In this document: in pieces, positions 36,057 to 49,800 of the stretch
How the letters are laid out: each line of letters starts with the position of its first letter
Numbering within the stretch: the stretch's first letter is position 1
Source of the DNA: Macrostomum lignano
Taxonomy: Eukaryota
Length of the DNA: 64,000 nucleotides
Assembly (NCBI GenBank): GCA_002269645.1
Contig: NIVC01000475.1
Location: 310,001-374,000 of the forward strand
Reading direction: 5' to 3'
Translations under genes and position numbers: made by a program
The notes under the pieces: model-generated
Databases searched by the model: none
Seen by the model: the letters and a program-made list of their open reading frames with translations, nothing else
Told to the model about the DNA's origin: nothing

Positions 36057-37354
36057 TTAAATCAGTGTGAACTTCATCAGGACGGCCGTTAGCCACGCCG
36101 CTAATCCAAAAGTGGTGCTGCTGATTCTCAGAGTGGACGCTCGATTGCTGAAATCTGCGGGTGAGAGGGGGGCAATGTTCAAATTTTTTCAACAAACTGA
36201 AGCCAGGGTAACATCGCGATATTAAAAGTATAACCCGCTCTCATTTTTATATGTTTCCTGTCTTACTAGATCTCAACAGCCTAGATCTCAGTCACCTTGA
36301 CATCTAAGAACCTCCTAGGACCTCCCTAGGACCTTCCCTAGGACCTCAGTCTCAATGGGTCACTCAGTCTCACTAGATCTCCGCCTGGGGTCACTCAGTC
36401 TCGCTAGATCTCCGCCTGGGGTCACTCAGTCTCGCTAGATCTCCGCCTGGGGTCACTCAGTCTCGCTAGATCTCCGCCTGGGGTCACTCAGTCTCACTAG
36501 ATCTTCGCCTGGGGTCACTCAGTCTCACTAGATCTCCGCCTGATGTCACTCAGTCTCGCTAGATCTCCGCCTGGGGTCACTCAGTCTCACTAGATCTCCA
36601 CCTAATGTCACTCAGTCTCGCTAGATCTCCGCCTGGGGTCACTCAGTCTCACTAGATCTCCGCCTGGTGTCACTTAGTCTCGCTAGATCTTCGCCTGGGG
36701 TCACTCAGTCTCACTAGATCTCCGCCTGGGGTCACTCAGTCTCACTAGATCTCCGCCTGATGTCACTCAGTCTCGCTAGATCTCCGCCTGGGGTCACTCA
36801 GTCTCGCTAGATCTCCGCCTGGGGTCACTCAGTCTCACTAGATCTCCGCCTGATGTCACTCAGTCTCGCTAGATCTCCGCCTGGGGTCACTCAGTCTCGC
36901 TAGATCTTCGCCTGGGGTCACTCAGTCTCACTAGATCTCCGCCTGGGGTCAACTACGTCTTTGTGTAATACTTGTACGCTCGTACTTGTAGAATGGGATC
37001 TCATAGGTAAACCCTAGCTTGATAAAATAAACCTCACTGCAGAGTGTACATGTAACCGCGAGCTCACCCAGGTGCAGCACAATGCTCTTGGTGATAGTCC
37101 TGCCGGACACCAGATTCTGGGTTGCCCGGCACTCCAGCAGCAGACTGTTGTAGCTTCGATGTAGCCGAATGAACAGAATTCTGGAGCTGGCCAGTAGCTG
37201 CTGGTTCACTGCGGGTTCGGGAAATTGACTGACTGACTGACTGACTGACTGACTGACTGACTGACTGACTGACTGACTGACTGACTGACTGACTGACTGA
37301 CTGACTGACTGACTGACTGACTGACTGACTGACTGACTGACTGACTGACTGAAT

Positions 37355-37430
<76 letters not shown>

Positions 37431-37476
37431 CAACTAACTGACTAACTAACTTACTAACTAACTAACTAACTGACTG

Positions 37477-37523
<47 letters not shown>

Positions 37524-37528
37524 GACTG

Positions 37529-37602
<74 letters not shown>

Positions 37603-37603
37603 C

Positions 37604-37638
<35 letters not shown>

Positions 37639-37676
37639 CAACTAACTGACTAACTAACTAACTAACTAACTTACTT

Positions 37677-37718
<42 letters not shown>

Positions 37719-37756
37719 CAACTAACTGACTAACTAACTAACTAACTTACTTACTT

Positions 37757-37793
<37 letters not shown>

Positions 37794-37822
37794 GTAACTA
37801 ACTAACTAAGTAACTAACTAAG

Positions 37823-37873
<51 letters not shown>

Positions 37874-40800
37874 GTAACTAACTAAACTAGCATCAATAAT
37901 CTAAATAAGCATATTCTAAACTCACAGCTCAAATCCTTCCTCGGTGGATCTTTCTTAGTCTCCGTCCCGTTCAAGGTGAACATCCTGGGCTCGGTTGAGT
38001 ACTCGGTGCTGAACAGCCACTCCACCGGGTAGCGGGTCTGCTCAGACGTCAGCTCGATTCCGCCCAGGTAGAAAGCCAGGCGAGGCGGCGGAATCGCAGC
38101 CTTTTTGGTGAAGCATTCGAACCGGTTGCTAGGAGATTCTGTAGCACTCGAATTGACGGATGAAGCGGTCGCTGAGGTGGATGAAGTCCAGTTGCTGGGC
38201 GATATCGGGTCCCAGCTGGCGAGCACGAGGCTCTCCTCAGGCAGCACCTCTGCGTTAAAGTTCGACGCAAGCAAAATTTCAGTTTTTAATTACTACGAGT
38301 GTATACTTGGAAAAAGTAAAGTTTTCTCAAGTATTGCTACTAATAGTTGGCAAATTAGAGCTATCTTTATAGAGTCCCAGTGTTTCTTGGGAAAATGCTA
38401 CGTATTATTATCATATGATGCTTGACCTTGGTTGATTAGTTGAAATGCTTGCCTAAGTACAGTATTTCAGCTGCTCTTATCTTTTTAGAGCGGAGTTTCT
38501 CGACTATTTTTGTCTATGGCCAACCCCCATTTAGGGCTGTGCGACTGTAAAAACAACTCACTGTAGTACTGCAGGTAGGCGCTGTCATTCCTGTTGTCCG
38601 ACAGACTTCGACAGGACCACAGGCCCACATGTCGCGGATTGAACACCTCTAAGCTGATGGAGCAGGTGAGGCTGTTGCCAGACTCCTGGCAGGTAACGTT
38701 CGAGCTCTGCTGCTGCCCAGCGGTGTCCGCGGCGAACTGCACGCTGGACGGAGTGCACTGCGGCGGCTTGCCGGCGAACCCGAACTGGCAGTTGCTGTAG
38801 CCTCGCTGGGCCTGCGGTGCCAATGGGGCGACTGGATATTACACAAATACTCACCTCGTGTTAGAGTTCGAGCCCGTGACCACAAAAAATTCGAGTCCGG
38901 GACCACAATAGGGTCCGAACCCGGAACCACAATAGACTTCGAGTCTGTGCCAACAATAAAACTCGAGCCCAGCAGGACAATTTCAATAAGGTTCAAGCCC
39001 GGGACCACAATGCAGGTTAATCACCGGTACGTCAATCGCCAGAAAAGGTTGCTGGCTGGCATTCTGCCGGGTCCAACGGCAGGCGAACTCCCAGGGCCGC
39101 TCAAACGGAATCTCAATGGTGTTTGGCTCCGTGTTGAAGTTTCTGGCGTACGGACGGCTGATGACTATGGTTGGCTCCGCCATCACTTCGTCTGCGAGTA
39201 TTTTATTGCATGAGATAGCCATTGTGAGATACATGTGAGGTTTTGGAGTTAGAAAGAAACTTTTCTGCACTCCCTCACTCTCCCTGACTGCCCCTCACTC
39301 TCCCTCACTCTCCCTCACTCCCCCTCACTCTCCCTGACTCCCCCTCACTCTCCCTCACTCTCCCTCACTCCCCCTCACTCTCACTCACTCTCCCTCACTC
39401 TCACTCACTCTCACTCACTCTCCCTCACTCTCACTCACTCTCCCTCACTCTCCCTCACTCTCCCTCACTCTCCCTCACTCTCCCTCACTCTCCCTCACTC
39501 TCCCTCACTCTCCCTCACTCTCCCTCACTCTCCCTCACTCACTCTCCCTCACTCTCCCTCACTCTCCCTCACTCTCCCTCACTCTCCCTCACTCTCCCTC
39601 ACTCACTCTCCCTCACTCTCCCTCACTCTCCCTCACTCTCCCTCAAACTCCCTCACTCTCCCTCACTCTCCCTGACTCCCCCTCACTCTCCCTCACTCTC
39701 CCTCACTCCCCTTCACTCTCCCTGACTCCCCCTCACTCTCCCTCGCTCTCCCTCACTCCCCTTCACTCTCCCTGACTCCCCCTCACTCTCCCTCACTCTC
39801 CCTCACTCTCCCTCACTCTCTCTCTTCTTCTATATCCCAACCTCTCTGCTTACCTTGATTGCTGATACAACAGATCATGACGAAATTCACGAAGAAAAAA
39901 ATCATTTCTTCAATTAAGGCACTGGTTAAATATTTTCAGTTTTACTACAATCGTATGAAAAAGGGGTTTCAAATAATATCAAACATGCCTTCACCCTGCT
40001 CTTGTGCGTCAAATATAGTCTATTCGGTCAAATCGCAGCCACAGATTTGTTTACCGTAGCAACGCCATTAGCAACTCGGCAATGTTTTCGTTATACCCAA
40101 TGCCTTTTCATTGAAACTGAGACAGGAAATCTTTGAGTGAATTGTCGATTTGCTGCAGCAATGCTAATTAGGCCATAATGGCATGCACGACATGTAGCCT
40201 TGTTCAATATTCCGCTCTAAAAGGAATGAAGCCTTGCTGTTTGGCACCTCAGCCGGTGACTAATGGAATGTTGATTTTCACTCAGACTGGATAAATGCAT
40301 GACTTCATTTTTAGCCGAGCTTTGTTTCACATTTGAGTTATCAGTGCTTACTCCCCACTCACCCTATCTCACTTTCTCTTACTCCCCGCTAACCCTATCT
40401 CACTTTCTCTTACTCCCCGCTAACCCTATCTCACTTTCTCTTACTCCCCGCTAACCCTATCTCACTTTCTCTTACTCCCCGCTCACTCTATCTCACTTTC
40501 TCTTACTGCATGCTCAGTCTACCTCACTTTCACTCACTCCTCGCTCAGTCTACCACACTTTCACTCACTCCCTGCTGTCTCACCACTTGAATCCTCATTT
40601 TCCTGGCCGTCTCCAAACACAATGGTCAGGTTGCTGCTGGCCCTGCTGTGGCTGTGCGAGAGGCCCTGACTGGCCGAGCAGACCAACGTCTGACCGCTGC
40701 AGTTCCTGAGTTGGCTGCTCAGCTGGACACTGCGACTGGAGGCCAACAGCTGCTGGTTCACTGCGAGTGGAGATGCGACAGGTTTGAGACAGGTTTGAGT

Positions 40801-43800
40801 CAGGTTTAAGACAGGTTTGAGTCAGGTTTAGGACAGGTTTGAGTCAGGTTTGAGTCAGGTTTGAGACAGGTTTGAGCCAAGTTTGAGACAGGTTTGAGTC
40901 AGGTTTGAGTCAGGTTTGAGACAGGTTTGAGCCAAGTTTGAGACAGGTTTGAGTCAGGTTTGAGTCAGGTTTGAGTCAGGTTTGAGTCAAGTTTGAGACA
41001 GGTTTGAGTCAAGGTTTGAGCCAGGTTTGAGCCAAGTTTGAGCCAGGTTTGAGCCAAGTTTGAGACACGTTTGAGCCATTTTTTTGCCAGATTTGAGCCA
41101 AGTTTGAGCCAAGTTTGAGCCAAGTTTGAGACACGTTTGAGCTAATTTTTTTGCCAGGTTTGAGCCAAGTTTGAGCCAAGTTTGAGTCAGGTTTGAGCCA
41201 AGTTTGAGACACGTTTGAGACAGGTTTGAGTCAGGTTTGAGTCAGGTTTGAGACAGGTTTGAGCCAAGTTTGAGACAGGTTTGAGTCAGGTTTGAGTCAG
41301 GTTTGAGCTAGGTTTGAGCCAAGTTTGAGCCAAGTTTGAGACACGTTTGAGCCAAGTTTGAGCCAGGTTTGAGCCAAGTTTGAGACACGTTTGAGTCAGG
41401 TTTGAGCCAAGTTGGAGACACGTTTGAGACAGGTTTGAGTCAGGTTTGAGTCAGGTTTGAGACAGGTTTGAGCCAAGTTTGAGACAGGTTTGAGTCAGGT
41501 TTGAGTCAGGTTTGAGTCAGGTTTGAGTCAAGTTTGAGACAGGTTTGAGTCAAGGTTTGAGCCAGGTTTGAGCCAAGTTTGAGCCAGGTTTGAGCCAAGT
41601 TTGAGACACGTTTGAGCCATTTTTTTGCCAGATTTGAGCCAAGTTTGAGCCAAGTTTAAGCCAAGTTTGAGACACGTTTGAGCCAATTTTTTTGCCAGGT
41701 TTGAGCCAAGTTTGAGCCAAGTTTGAGTCAGGTTTGAGACAGGTTTGAGCCAAGTTTGAGACAGGTTTGAGTCAGGTTTGAGTCAGGTTTGAGTCAGGTT
41801 TGAGACAGGTTTGAGCCAAGTTTGAGACAGGTTTGAGTCAGGTTTGAGCTAGGTTTGAGCCAAGTTTGAGCCAAGTTTGAGACACGTTTGAGCCAAGTTT
41901 GAGCCAGGTTTGAGCCAAGTTTGAGCCAAGTTTGAGCCAGGTTTGAGCCAAGTTTGAGACACGTTTGAGTCAGGTTTGAGTCAGGTTTGAGACATGTTTG
42001 AGTCAGGTTTGAGTCAGGTTTGAGACAGGTTTGAGCCAAGTTTGAGACAGGTTTGAGTCAGGTTTGAGCCAGATTTGAGCCAAGTTTGAGCCAAGTTTAA
42101 GCCAAGTTTGAGACACGTTTGAGCCAATTTTTTTGCCAGGTTTGAGCCAAGTTTGAGCCAAGTTTGAGTCAGGTTTGAGACAGGTTTGAGCCAAGTTTGA
42201 GACAGGTTTGAGTCAGGTTTGAGTCAGGTTTGAGTCAGGTTTGAGACAGGTTTGAGCCAAGTTTGAGACAGGTTTGAGTCAGGTTTGAGCTAGGTTTGAG
42301 CCAAGTTTGAGCCAAGTTTGAGACACGTTTGAGCCAAGTTTGAGCCAGGTTTGAGCTAAGTTTGAGCCAAGTTTGAGCCAGGTTTGAGCCAAGTTTGAGA
42401 CACGTTTGAGTCAGGTTTGAGTCAGGTTTGAGACATGTTTGAGTCAGGTTTGAGTCAGGTTTGAGACAGGTTTGAGCCAAGTTTGAGACAGGTTTGAGTC
42501 AGGTTTGAGCCAGCTTTGAGCCAAGTTTGAGACAAGTTTAAGCCAGGTTTGAGACAAGTTTGAGGCAAGTTTGAGACAGGTTTGAGACAGATTTAGGACA
42601 GGTTTGAGAGAAGTTTGAGACAAGTTTAAGCCAGGTTTGAGACAAGTTTGAGGCAAGTTTGAGACAGGTTTGAGACAGGTTTGAGTCAGGTTTGAGACAG
42701 GTTTGAGTCAGGTTTAGGACAGGTTTGAGTCAGGTTTGAGACAGGTTTGAGCCAAGTTTGAGACAGGTTTGAGTCAGGTTTGAGTCAGGTTTGAGTCAGG
42801 TTTGAGACAGGTTTGAGCCAAGTTTGAGACAGGTTTGAGTCAGGTTTGAGCTAGGTTTAGGACAGGTTTGAGCCAAGTTTGAGACAGGTTTGAGTCAGGT
42901 TTGAGTCAGGTTTGAGACAGGTTTGAGTCAGGTTTGAGCTAGGTTTGAGCCAAGTTTGAGCCAAGTTTGAGACACGTTTGAGCCAAGTTTGAGCCAGGTT
43001 TGAGCCAAGTTTGAGCCAAGTTTGTGCCAGGTTTGAGCCAAGTTTGAGACACGTTTGAGTCAGGTTTGAGTCAGGTTTGAGACAGGTTTGAGTCAGGTTT
43101 GAGTCAGGTTTGAGACAGGTTTGAGCCAAGTTTGAGACAGGTTTGAGTCAGGTTTGAGCTAGGTTTGAGCCAAGTTTGAGCCAAGTTTGAGACACGTTTG
43201 AGCCAAGTTTGAGCCAGGTTTGAGCCAAGTTTGAGCCAAGTTTGAGCCAGGTTTGAGCCAAGTTTGAGACACGTTTGAGTCAGGTTTGAGTCAGGTTTGA
43301 GACATGTTTGAGTCAGGTTTGAGTCAGGTTTGAGACAGGTTTGAGCCAAGTTTGAGACAGGTTTGAGTCAGGTTTGAGCCAGATTTGAGCCAAGTTTGAG
43401 CCAAGTTTAAGCCAAGTTTGAGACACGTTTGAGCCAATTTTTTTGCCAGGTTTGAGCCAAGTTTGAGCCAAGTTTGAGTCAGGTTTGAGACAGGTTTGAG
43501 CCAAGTTTGAGACAGGTTTGAGTCAGGTTTGAGTCAGGTTTGAGTCAGGTTTGAGACAGGTTTGAGCCAAGTTTGAGACAGGTTTGAGTCAGGTTTGAGC
43601 TAGGTTTGAGCCAAGTTTGAGCCAAGTTTGAGACACGTTTGAGCCAAGTTTGAGCCAGGTTTGAGCTAAGTTTGAGCCAAGTTTGAGCCAGGTTTGAGCC
43701 AAGTTTGAGACACGTTTGAGTCAGGTTTGAGTCAGGTTTGAGACATGTTTGAGTCAGGTTTGAGTCAGGTTTGAGACAGGTTTGAGCCAAGTTTGAGACA

Positions 43801-46800
43801 GGTTTGAGTCAGGTTTGAGCCAGCTTTGAGCCAAGTTTGAGACAAGTTTAAGCCAGGTTTGAGACAAGTTTGAGGCAAGTTTGAGACAGGTTTGAGACAG
43901 ATTTAGGACAGGTTTGAGAGAAGTTTGAGACAAGTTTAAGCCAGGTTTGAGACAAGTTTGAGGCAAGTTTGAGACAGGTTTGAGACAGGTTTGAGTCAGG
44001 TTTGAGACAGGTTTGAGTCAGGTTTAGGACAGGTTTGAGTCAGGTTTGAGACAGGTTTGAGCCAAGTTTGAGACAGGTTTGAGACACGTTTGAGTCAGGT
44101 TTGAGTCAGGTTTGAGACAGGTTTGAGCCAAGTTTGAGACAGGTTTGAGTCAGGTTTGAGCTAGGTTTAGGACAGGTTTGAGCCAAGTTTGAGACAGGTT
44201 TGAGTCAGGTTTGAGTCAGGTTTGAGACAGGTTTGAGTCAGGTTTGAGCTAGGTTTGAGCCAAGTTTGAGCCAAGTTTGAGACACGTTTGAGCCAAGTTT
44301 GAGCCAGGTTTGAGCCAAGTTTGAGCCAAGTTTGTGCCAGGTTTGAGCCAAGTTTGAGACACGTTTGAGTCAGGTTTGAGTCAGGTTTGAGACAGGTTTG
44401 AGTCAGGTTTGAGTCAGGTTTGAGACAGGTTTGAGCCAAGTTTGAGACAGGTTTGAGTCAGGTTTGAGTCAGGTTTGAGTCAGGTTTGAGCCAAGTTTGA
44501 GTCAGGTTTGAGCCAGGTTTGAGCCAAATTTGAGCCAAGTTTGAGCCAAGTTTGAGACAGGTTTGAGTCAGGTTTGAGCCAGGTTTGAGTCAGGTTTAGG
44601 ACACGTTTGAGTCAGGTTTGAGTCAGATTTAGGACAGTTTGAGACAAGTTTGATACAAGTTTAAGCCAGGTTTGAGACAAGTTTGAGGCAAGTTTGAGAC
44701 AGGTTTGAGACAGGTTTGAGTCAGGTTTAGGACAGGTTTGAGTCAGGTTTGAGTCAGGTTTGAGACAGGTTTGAGCCAAGTTTGAGACAGGTTTGAGACA
44801 CGTTTGAGCCAAGTTTGAGCCAGGTTTGAGCCAAGTTTGAGCCAAGTTTGAGCCAGGTTTGAGCCAAGTTTGAGACACGTTTGAGTCAGGTTTGAGTCAG
44901 GTTTGAGTCAGGTTTGAGCCAGGTTTGAGCCAAGTTTGAGCCAAGTTTGAGACACGTTTGAGCCAATTTTTTTGCCAGGTTTGAGCCAAATTTGAGCCAG
45001 GTTTGAGCCAAGTTTGAGACAGGTTTGAGTCAGGTTTGAGCCAGGTTTGAGTCAGGTTTAGGACACGTTTGAGTCAGGTTTGAGTCAGATTTAGGACAGG
45101 TTTGAGACAAGTTTGAGACAAGTTTAAGCCAGGTTTGAGACAAGTTTGAGGCAAGTTTGAGTCAGGTTTGAGACAGGTTTGAGCCAAGTTTGAGACAGGT
45201 TTGAGTCAGGTTTGAGTCAGGTTTGAGTCAGGTTTGAGACAGGTTTGAGCCAAGTTTGAGACAGGTTTGAGTCAGGTTTGAGCTAGGTTTGAGCCAAGTT
45301 TGAGCCAAGTTTGAGACACGTTTGAGCCAAGTTTGAGCCAGGTTTGAGCCAAGTTTGAGACACGTTTGAGTCAGGTTTGAGCCAAGTTTGAGACACGTTT
45401 GAGACAGGTTTGAGTCAGGTTTGAGTCAGGTTTGAGACAGGTTTGAGCCAAGTTTGAGACAGGTTTGAGTCAGGTTTGAGTCAGGTTTGAGTCAGGTTTG
45501 AGTCAAGTTTGAGACAGGTTTGAGTCAAGGTTTGAGCCAGGTTTGAGCCAAGTTTGAGCCAGGTTTGAGCCAAGTTTGAGACACGTTTGAGCCATTTTTT
45601 GCCAGATTTGAGCCAAGTTTGAGCCAAGTTTAAGCCAAGTTTGAGACACGTTTGAGCCAATTTTTTTGCCAGGTTTGAGCCAAGTTTGAGCCAAGTTTGA
45701 GTCAGGTTTGAGACAGGTTTGAGCCAAGTTTGAGACAGGTTTGAGTCAGGTTTGAGTCAGGTTTGAGTCAGGTTTGAGACAGGTTTGAGCCAAGTTTGAG
45801 ACAGGTTTGAGTCAGGTTTGAGCTAGGTTTGAGCCAAGTTTGAGCCAAGTTTGAGACACGTTTGAGCCAAGTTTGAGCCAGGTTTGAGTCAGGTTTGAGT
45901 CAGGTTTGAGACAGGTTTGAGCCAAGTTTGAGACAGGTTTGAGTCAGGTTTGAGCTAGGTTTAGGACAGGTTTGAGCCAAGTTTGAGACAGGTTTGAGTC
46001 AGGTTTGAGTCAGGTTTGAGACAGGTTTGAGTCAGGTTTGAGTCAGATTTAGGACAGGTTTGAGACAAGTTTGAGACAAGTTTAAGCCAGGTTTGAGACA
46101 AGTTTGAGGCAAGTTTGAGACAGGTTTGAGACAGGTTTGAGTCAGGTTTGAGACAGGTTTGAGTCAGGTTTAGGACAGGTTTGAGTCAGGTTTGAGACAG
46201 GTTTGAGACAGGTTTGAGTCAGGTTTGAGACAGGTTTGAGTCAGGTTTAGGACAGGTTTGAGTCAGGTTTGAGACAGGTTTGAGCCAAGTTTGAGACAGG
46301 TTTGAGTCAGGTTTGAGTCAGGTTTGAGTCAGGTTTGAGACAGGTTTGAGCCAAGTTTGAGACAGGTTTGAGTCAGGTTTGAGCTAGGTTTAGGACAGGT
46401 TTGAGCCAAGTTTGAGACAGGTTTGAGTCAGGTTTGAGTCAGGTTTGAGACAGGTTTGAGTCAGGTTTGAGCTAGGTTTGAGCCAAGTTTGAGCCAAGTT
46501 TGAGACATGTTTGAGCCAAGTTTGAGCCAGGTTTGAGCCAAGTTTGAGCCAAGTTTGTGCCAGGTTTGAGCCAAGTTTGAGACACGTTTGAGTCAGGTTT
46601 GAGTCAGGTTTGAGACAGTTTTGAGTCAGGTTTGAGTCAGGTTTGAGACAGGTTTGAGCCAAGTTTGAGACAGGTTTGAGTCAGGTTTCAGTCAGGTTTG
46701 AGTCAGGTTTGAGCCAAGTTTGAGTCAGGTTTGAGCCAGGTTTGAGCCAAATTTGAGCCAAGTTTGAGCCAAGTTTGAGACAGGTTTGAGTCAGGTTTGA

Positions 46801-49800
46801 GCCAGGTTTGAGTCAGGTTTAGGACACGTTTGAGTCAGGTTTGAGTCAGATTTAGGACAGTTTGAGACAAGTTTGATACAAGTTTAAGCCAGGTTTGAGA
46901 CAAGTTTGAGGCAAGTTTGAGACAGGTTTGAGACAGGTTTGAGTCAGGTTTGAGACAGGTTTGAGTCAGGTTTAGGACAGGTTTGAGTCAGGTTTGAGTC
47001 AGGTTTGAGACAGGTTTGAGCCAAGTTTGAGACAGGTTTGAGACACGTTTGAGCCAAGTTTGAGCCAGGTTTGAGCCAAGTTTGAGCCAAGTTTGAGCCA
47101 GGTTTGAGCCAAGTTTGAGCCAAGTTTGAGTCAGGTTTGAGACAGGTTTGAGCCAAGTTTGAGACAGGTTTGAGTCAGGTTTGAGTCAGGTTTGAGTCAG
47201 GTTTGAGACAGGTTTGAGCCAAGTTTGAGACAGGTTTGAGTCAGGTTTGAGCTAGGTTTGAGCCAAATTTGAGCCAAGTTTGAGACACGTTTGAGCCAAG
47301 TTTGAGCCAGGTTTGAGCCAAGTTTGAGACACGTTTGAGCCAGGTTTGAGCCAAGTTTGAGACACGTTTGAGTCAGGTTTGAGTCAGGTTTGAGTCAGGT
47401 TTGAGCCAGGTTTGAGCCAAGTTTGAGCCAAGTTTGAGACACGTTTGAGCCAATTTTTTTGCCAGGTTTGAGCCAAATTTGAGCCAAGTTTGAGCCAAGT
47501 TTGAGACAGGTTTGAGTCAGGTTTGAGCCAGGTTTGAGTCAGGTTTAGGACACGTTTGAGTCAGGTTTGAGTCAGATTTAGGACAGGTTTGAGACAAGTT
47601 TGAGACAAGTTTAAGCCAGGTTTGAGACAAGTTTGAGGCAAGTTTGAGACAGGTTTGAGACAGGTTTGAGTCAGGTTTGAGACAGGTTTGAGTCAGGTTT
47701 AGGACAGGTTTGAGTCAGGTTTGAGACAGGTTTGAGCCAAGTTTGAGACAGGTTTGAGTCAGGTTTAGGACAGGTTTGAGTCAGGTTTGAGTCAGGTTTG
47801 AGACAGGTTTGAGCCAAGTTTGAGACAGGTTTGAGTCAGGTTTGAGCTAGGTTTAGGACAGGTTTGAGCCAAGTTTGAGACAGGTTTGAGTCAGGTTTGA
47901 GTCAGGTTTGAGTCAGGTTTGAGACAGGTTTGAGCCAAGTTTGAGACAGGTTTGAGTCAGGTTTGAGCTAGGTTTGAGCCAAGTTTGAGCCAAGTTTGAG
48001 ACACGTTTGAGCCAAGTTTGAGCCAGGTTTGAGACAGGTTTGAGTCAGGTTTGAGTCAGGTTTGAGACAGGTTTGAGCCAAGTTTGAGACAGGTTTGAGT
48101 CAGGTTTGAGCCAGGTTTGAGCCAAGTTTGAGCCAAGTTTGAGACACGTTTGAGCCAATTTTTTTGCCAGGTTTGAGCCAAATTTGAGCCAAGTTTGAGC
48201 CAAGTTTGAGACAGGTTTGAGTCAGGTTTGAGCCAGGTTTGAGTCAGGTTTAGGACACGTTTGAGTCAGGTTTGAGTCAGATTTAGGACAGGTTTGAGAC
48301 AAGTTTGAGACAAGTTTAAGCCAGGTTTGAGACAAGTTTGAGGCAAGTTTGAGACAGGTTTGAGACAGGTTTGAGTCAGGTTTGAGACAGGTTTGAGTCA
48401 GGTTTAGGACAGGTTTGAGTCAGGTTTGAGTCAGGTTTGAGACAGGTTTGAGCCAAGTTTGAGACAGGTTTGAGACACGTTTGAGCCAAGTTTGAGCCAG
48501 GTTTGAGCCAAGTTTGAGCCAAGTTTGAGACAGGTTTGAGCCAAGTTTGAGCCAAGTTTGAGTCAGGTTTGAGACAGGTTTGAGCCAAGTTTGAGACAGG
48601 TTTGAGTCAGGTTTGAGTCAGGTTTGAGTCAGGTTTGAGACAGGTTTGAGCCAAGTTTGAGACAGGTTTGAGACAGGTTTGAGCTAGGTTTGAGCCAAGT
48701 TTGAGCCAAGTTTGAGACACGTTTGAGCCAAGTTTGAGCCAGGTTTGAGCCAAGTTTGAGCCAAGTTTGAGCCAGGTTTGAGCCAAGTTTGAGACACATT
48801 TGAGTCAGGTTTGAGTCAGGTTTGAGACAGGTTTGAGTCAGGTTTGAGTCAGGTTTGAGACAGGTTTGAGCCAAGTTTGAGACAGGTTTGAGTCAGGTTT
48901 GAGCCAGGTTTGAGCCAAGTTTGAGCCAAGTTTGAGACACGTTTGAGCCAATTTTTTTGCCAGGTTTGAGCCAAATTTGAGCCAAGTTTGAGCCAAGTTT
49001 GAGACAGGTTTGAGTCAGGTTTGAGCCAGGTTTGAGTCAGGTTTAGGACACGTTTGAGTCAGGTTTGAGTCAGATTTAGGACAGTTTGAGACAAGTTTGA
49101 TACAAGTTTAAGCCAGGTTTGAGACAAGTTTGAGGCAAGTTTGAGACAGGTTTGAGACAGGTTTGAGTCAGGTTTGAGACAGGTTTGAGTCAGGTTTAGG
49201 ACAGGTTTGAGTCAGGTTTGAGTCAGGTTTGAGACAGGTTTGAGCCAAGTTTGAGACAGGTTTGAGACACGTTTGAGCCAAGTTTGAGCCAGGTTTGAGC
49301 CAAGTTTGAGCCAAGTTTGAGCCAGGTTTGAGCCAAGTTTGAGCCAAGTTTGAGTCAGGTTTGAGACAGGTTTGAGCCAAGTTTGAGACAGGTTTGAGTC
49401 AGGTTTGAGTCAGGTTTGAGTCAGGTTTGAGACAGGTTTGAGCCAAGTTTGAGACAGGTTTGAGTCAGGTTTGAGCTAGGTTTGAGCCAAATTTGAGCCA
49501 AGTTTGAGACACGTTTGAGCCAAGTTTGAGCCAGGTTTGAGCCAAGTTTGAGACACGTTTGAGCCAGGTTTGAGCCAAGTTTGAGACACGTTTGAGTCAG
49601 GTTTGAGTCAGGTTTGAGTCAGGTTTGAGCCAGGTTTGAGCCAAGTTTGAGCCAAGTTTGAGACACGTTTGAGCCAATTTTTTTGCCAGGTTTGAGCCAA
49701 ATTTGAGCCAAGTTTGAGCCAAGTTTGAGACAGGTTTGAGTCAGGTTTGAGCCAGGTTTGAGTCAGGTTTAGGACACGTTTGAGTCAGGTTTGAGTCAGA

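Noticed and set aside
40345-40500. TAACCCT as an interstitial telomeric repeat
   Set aside because: Single occurrence per 31-bp unit, not a (TTAGGG)n array.
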